This document shows positions 60,035 to 64,000 of a stretch of 64,000 bases of DNA, piece after piece. The translations under genes and the position numbers were made by a program. Source of the DNA: Pseudovirgaria hyperparasitica (taxonomy: Eukaryota); the NCBI GenBank assembly GCA_010093815.1, contig ML996577.1. One strand, 5' to 3'. The notes beneath the pieces were generated by a model. The model did not search any database. It saw nothing but the letters and a program-made list of their open reading frames with translations, and was not told where the DNA came from. Each line of letters opens with the position of its first letter. Positions within the stretch are counted from its first letter, which is position 1.

Positions 60035-61917
60035 TCAATCCTCCTCTTGGTCAACTCTCTTATATCCTTTGCTACTCTCTCCATCGCCACCTTTGCCACG
60101 GCTTACGAGATTAGAGATCCATCCGCCCAAACCCTCACCGTTATCGTTGCCCTTGCTGGATTTGCTTGTGCCGACATTTGGAGGGTTGATGTCGAGACCT
60201 GGAATCGCATGATCTGCCCCAAGGCCGCCTGGTAACGAAGGCACGGGAGATCGATTGCCACTAAATAGAGACTCTGCCTCCGCCAGAGTTGCTGGAGTAG
60301 GCATGGCGGTTGTGGCATCGCCAAACAAGGAATTCATATCCTCGAGACGAACATTTGCCGTTTCGGGATAAATGAACCATACTAGAGGAACATTAGTAAC
60401 CTGAGCAGGAGTAAACAAAATTTTGACTGACCAACGACGAAGCTGACTGCGCAGAAGAACGCGTGTAAGAGATAAAGTCGCCATTGGATCCACTCTTGCA
60501 GAATGGGTGTCATTTCACCGACCAGCCAGTTAAACGCCCAGTTTGTAGCCGTACTCAAGCTGGCACCCTTCGCTCTGATGCTCAATGGAAGGATCTCTGG
60601 TGGGTATAGCCATGGAATGGGTCCCCATGAAAACCCAAATGCGGCGTTGTATATCATAACAAAGATCACGACCATAGTCGGGGTGAAGCTAGCTTCCAAA
60701 TAGATGAAGTACGATACTGCAGATAGCGAGATGATCATCATGATAGCACCGCTAAGGAGAATAGGGCGCCTTCCAAGGGTGTCGACGACATACCATGGTG
60801 GAATGGTGGACGCGAAATAAGTAAGGGAGTTTATACCAGTCATGAGAATAGCTCTGCGGCCGACCCATCCTGCTTGTTCGAAAACAAGCGGAGCATAGTA
60901 GCTGATGACGTTTATGCCGTTTAGTTGGGCAAGCGCTTGAGCAGACATGGCGATGAAAACACGCTTCCGATAGCGCTTAAACATATCAGAATAAGATCGT
61001 TCTCCTTCCTGCCGTTGCAGAAGAACATTCATTTTGATCTCTCGATACTCGTCACGAGCTTTTGGATTGTGGATATCACCTTTGCCATAGAGGTTAGCAA
61101 TGACGACAATGCCCTCCTCGTCAAAGTCATTGTCAAGTAGCCATCTGTGAGGGTAAGCTTCTTATGTTTACGCAAGTACTTGGGTCCACATACCTGGGAG
61201 ACTCGCAAATGACCAAACTGCCCAGGGCCAGCAATCCACCCATGATACACTGCATAAGCAGAGGTACTCTCCACGACCAATGGCTTGGTATGAAAGTGCA
61301 GATATAGTCTACCCACACACTCGCAGCGTAACCGGTAATGTTGCCGGTGAACTCGATACATGCAAGCTTGCCGCGGTTGTGTGGCGGAGATATCTCCGAC
61401 TGGTAGACTGGAACGATTGTGGACAACGCGCCCACTCCCAGACCTGCTGTGATCCTGCCAAGGAGCATCATAGGCATGCCGTTTGCAAAGCTTTGCAGAG
61501 CTCCTCCGATTACAAATATTATAGCGCCGTATAGAATTGTACGTCTTCTTCCAATAACATCTCCAATTCTTCCAATGCATAGCGAAGCTATGAATGCACC
61601 AACCTCGAGGATAGCCACCATGGTACCAATTTCGGCTTTGGAGGGCTGGTCAAAGTAGTCTTTAAAATAGTGGCCACTGCATTGAGAACGTCAGCTTGAG
61701 AATGGCTTGCCCTTATCGGTGGTCACCTACGTGATGATGCCTGACATGACACCTTGATCGTACCCAAAGAGGAACACGCCCAAGGACACAAAGACGCTTG
61801 TAAAGTATCTGCAGTGATGAGTTAGCCACCTGCTCCTGTCTTGATATCAGGCTGTCCATACACCAGTTTTTTCCCATGTAGCCCGTGAATTCGGGACGGT
61901 CCATCGTTAGGCGCCAT
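60035..61917 (-). CDS. MFS monosaccharide transporter (sugar porter), multi-exon; true start may lie further upstream
   Basis: HGLHGKKL-YFTSVFVSLGVFLFGYDQGVMSGIITG, PVYQSEISPPHNRG, ESPRWL, WGPIPWLYPPEI, YPETA. Confidence 0.9.
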
Positions 61918-64000
61918 TATGGCAGCAAGGATCTTCTCTCCCTTGCTGATTGTACGAGGACCTGGATCTGGTATCTCAATGTCCTCCTTTCTCCTGGTGG
62001 CACCACTCCGACTGTCCTTTTCTCGATAAGAGGGTGACCGATATCGAACCTGCTTCCGGTGACGATAAGATCTGACAGAGCCTCCAAATTCCCCTTCAAG
62101 CTGTATGCGTAGGGGGTCTTCCTGGTCGGCGAGTTGATCTACCAAGTCCCCAGTTTCCCAATCGTCGGACGAGTCCGACTCTATCAGGGCGACCGAGTCG
62201 GTCTCAACGTCGTCTACGGCGTGCCTTGAGGGTGTTGATAGCGTGTGCAATGGGATGTTGGCAGGCCGGCGGTATGAAGATGAGTGAGGAATTTTGGCAG
62301 GTGTCTTGAGCGAGCTGCTGGTATACAGCTGCCGCCCCGCTATTTGATTGTTCTTGTGAGGTTGGGTTGAACGAGATTCGCCGACGCGGAGCCTGCTTTA
62401 CTAGCGGACGGAGGTGGTTAGAATCAAACCTGGTGCATGGTGCAGCATGCGGGAAGAGCTTAGGTAAGGATCAAAGTGGAGCCGCGCGCGAGGTTCTGAT
62501 GTCTCTGATCGCAGTCACAAGAGCAAAAGCCAGAATCAAGGAGTGTAGCAATCACCAGCAGTCATGGATTAAGAAGAAGAAGAAGAAACAAAGAATTGCT
62601 GTGGGTGTGGCTGCTGCTGGTTGGTCTAAAGGGGCCGCTCGTCGATCCTAAACAGTTCCAAAGCCGAATCCTCGCAGCCTCCAGCGTGGTCATCTTTGAT
62701 ACAGAATGGTGAATATTTACGATTACGCACCTTTGGACCTTGGATGCTCATGGTTTGTGTATACGAGCTCGAGCAAGTTTTCGACAAGACTTGCCATGAA
62801 AACTCACTACCCAGATTCAACGGGTAGGCCTGTGGGCGATCTGGTCACTGGTGGAGCTCCCCGCACTATCGTGTCAGCAGACAGTGAGCATGAGGCATAA
62901 GGGTCATTCTAACACTGATCGCGTGATACTAGTAGACAGCTGTATATAGAGACCGATACAGGTGTAGTAGCAAGCTTCGTATTTGTGTTGTTTCTTGTAG
63001 TGGAGCAACGGGAACCAGGGCGGCGTTCCTGGAGAAGACCGTTCCCGCGAAGACGCAGCGGGCGCTCTGCCACATCGACATAATGCCCACTGGCCCACTG
63101 AGTAGAACGTTTTCGAGTTGAACATGCCTAGACTGCTTCACCAAAGCATTTCTACTCGGTATTACTGTTTCTTTATATGACCACAAATTATATCATGGTA
63201 AAAGTCGCATCGGGAGCAAACGGACAGCGATGTTATTGACATGTTTTTCTTCGGTCACCGGAGCAGTCTGTGCGGACGGCAAACGAACTGTAATAGTGCT
63301 AGCATACAGTCAAACAATCGGACCAGCACCAGCACAAACCGCAAACCATAAAGCACAAAGCACAAAGCACAAGTGAAGCGGAGATCGTGTGAGATCGAGC
63401 GTCAAAACATGGAATTCACGTGACAAAGTGTGAAACGCTTTACCTACAACACTTCATCGAGGTTTGTGTTTGTTGATTGGCTGACGAGAGTTCCAGCCAC
63501 CCCCGAGTGCAATTTCCCTGGCGCGCTGCAAGAAAGCCGTCATGTAACCATTGATGGATACTACTACATAGTAAGGTAATGCATAGTTCCAGGTTTACAG
63601 CCTCCAGTCTCCAGTTGACTCTCTCTGTGCGCCTTCCGCCCTCTTGATTGACCAAAAAAAAAGAATAATCTGCCAACACACATAGAAGCTCACTTACTGC
63701 AGTATCAGCATCATCGGTCTGCAGGCCAGCGTCACTCGTGTGTCGATCAAGGTCCGTCCCTCTCTGCAGTTTGCGGCGTCTAGCCCAAGTTGGTGAGGCA
63801 GTCTTCCTAGTTTGGGCTCAAGTGGTGCCCACCGCACTACAATCACCGGATTTCCGCGCCAGACTGCTGCAGCGCGCGCCCTCGCCCTGCCAACCTTTCG
63901 CTTGCACAACTCGTTCGTTACACTTCACCTGCGCAATCCTCACAACCTCACTGTCATCCTCTTCCCTTGACTTCCTCCTCTCCGCCCAATTGTCAATCTC

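Noticed and set aside
63320..63425. AAAGCAC tandem repeat and TCACGTGA site
   Set aside because: Short simple repeat and single E-box; not CRISPR-like, and the target gene is unclear
1..64000. Transposons, tRNA, rRNA, CRISPR, RIP-degraded blocks
   Set aside because: No transposase/RT motifs, long terminal repeats, cloverleafs or extended AT-rich blocks seen by eye; tRNAscan-SE and RepeatMasker would confirm

Overview
Gene-dense, intron-containing DNA from a filamentous ascomycete (Pezizomycotina-type GT..CTAAC..AG introns; the taxon is inferred). About 22 protein-coding genes are supported: a polyQ-rich protein of unknown function, an FLC/TRP-like membrane protein, a FYVE+RING (Pib1-like) protein, a secreted BBE-type FAD oxidoreductase, an RTA1 protein, mitochondrial RNase II (cyt-4/DSS1), MOCS2A/cnxG, two sugar porters, a War1-like Zn2Cys6 factor, a ZNF207/BuGZ-like protein, SPT4, MID1, a ~1000-aa orphan, a Mae1/TDT transporter, HOS2, YNG2/ING, SPA2, RPS19, a hypothetical TQ-motif protein, DOM34 and PMT2. 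No transposon, tRNA, rRNA or CRISPR array was seen. The best non-obvious signal is a candidate C/D-box snoRNA in a predicted 5'-UTR intron of MOCS2A, with a 12-nt guide complementary to 18S rRNA at the site equivalent to human Um172 (SNORD45 target). Other notable items are a 160-codon ATG-less in-frame N-terminal extension of a sugar porter, a dense CreA-site cluster, and a head-to-head HOS2/YNG2 pair. I could not support a wholly new multi-gene system. Exon boundaries were read by eye, and no database searches were run.
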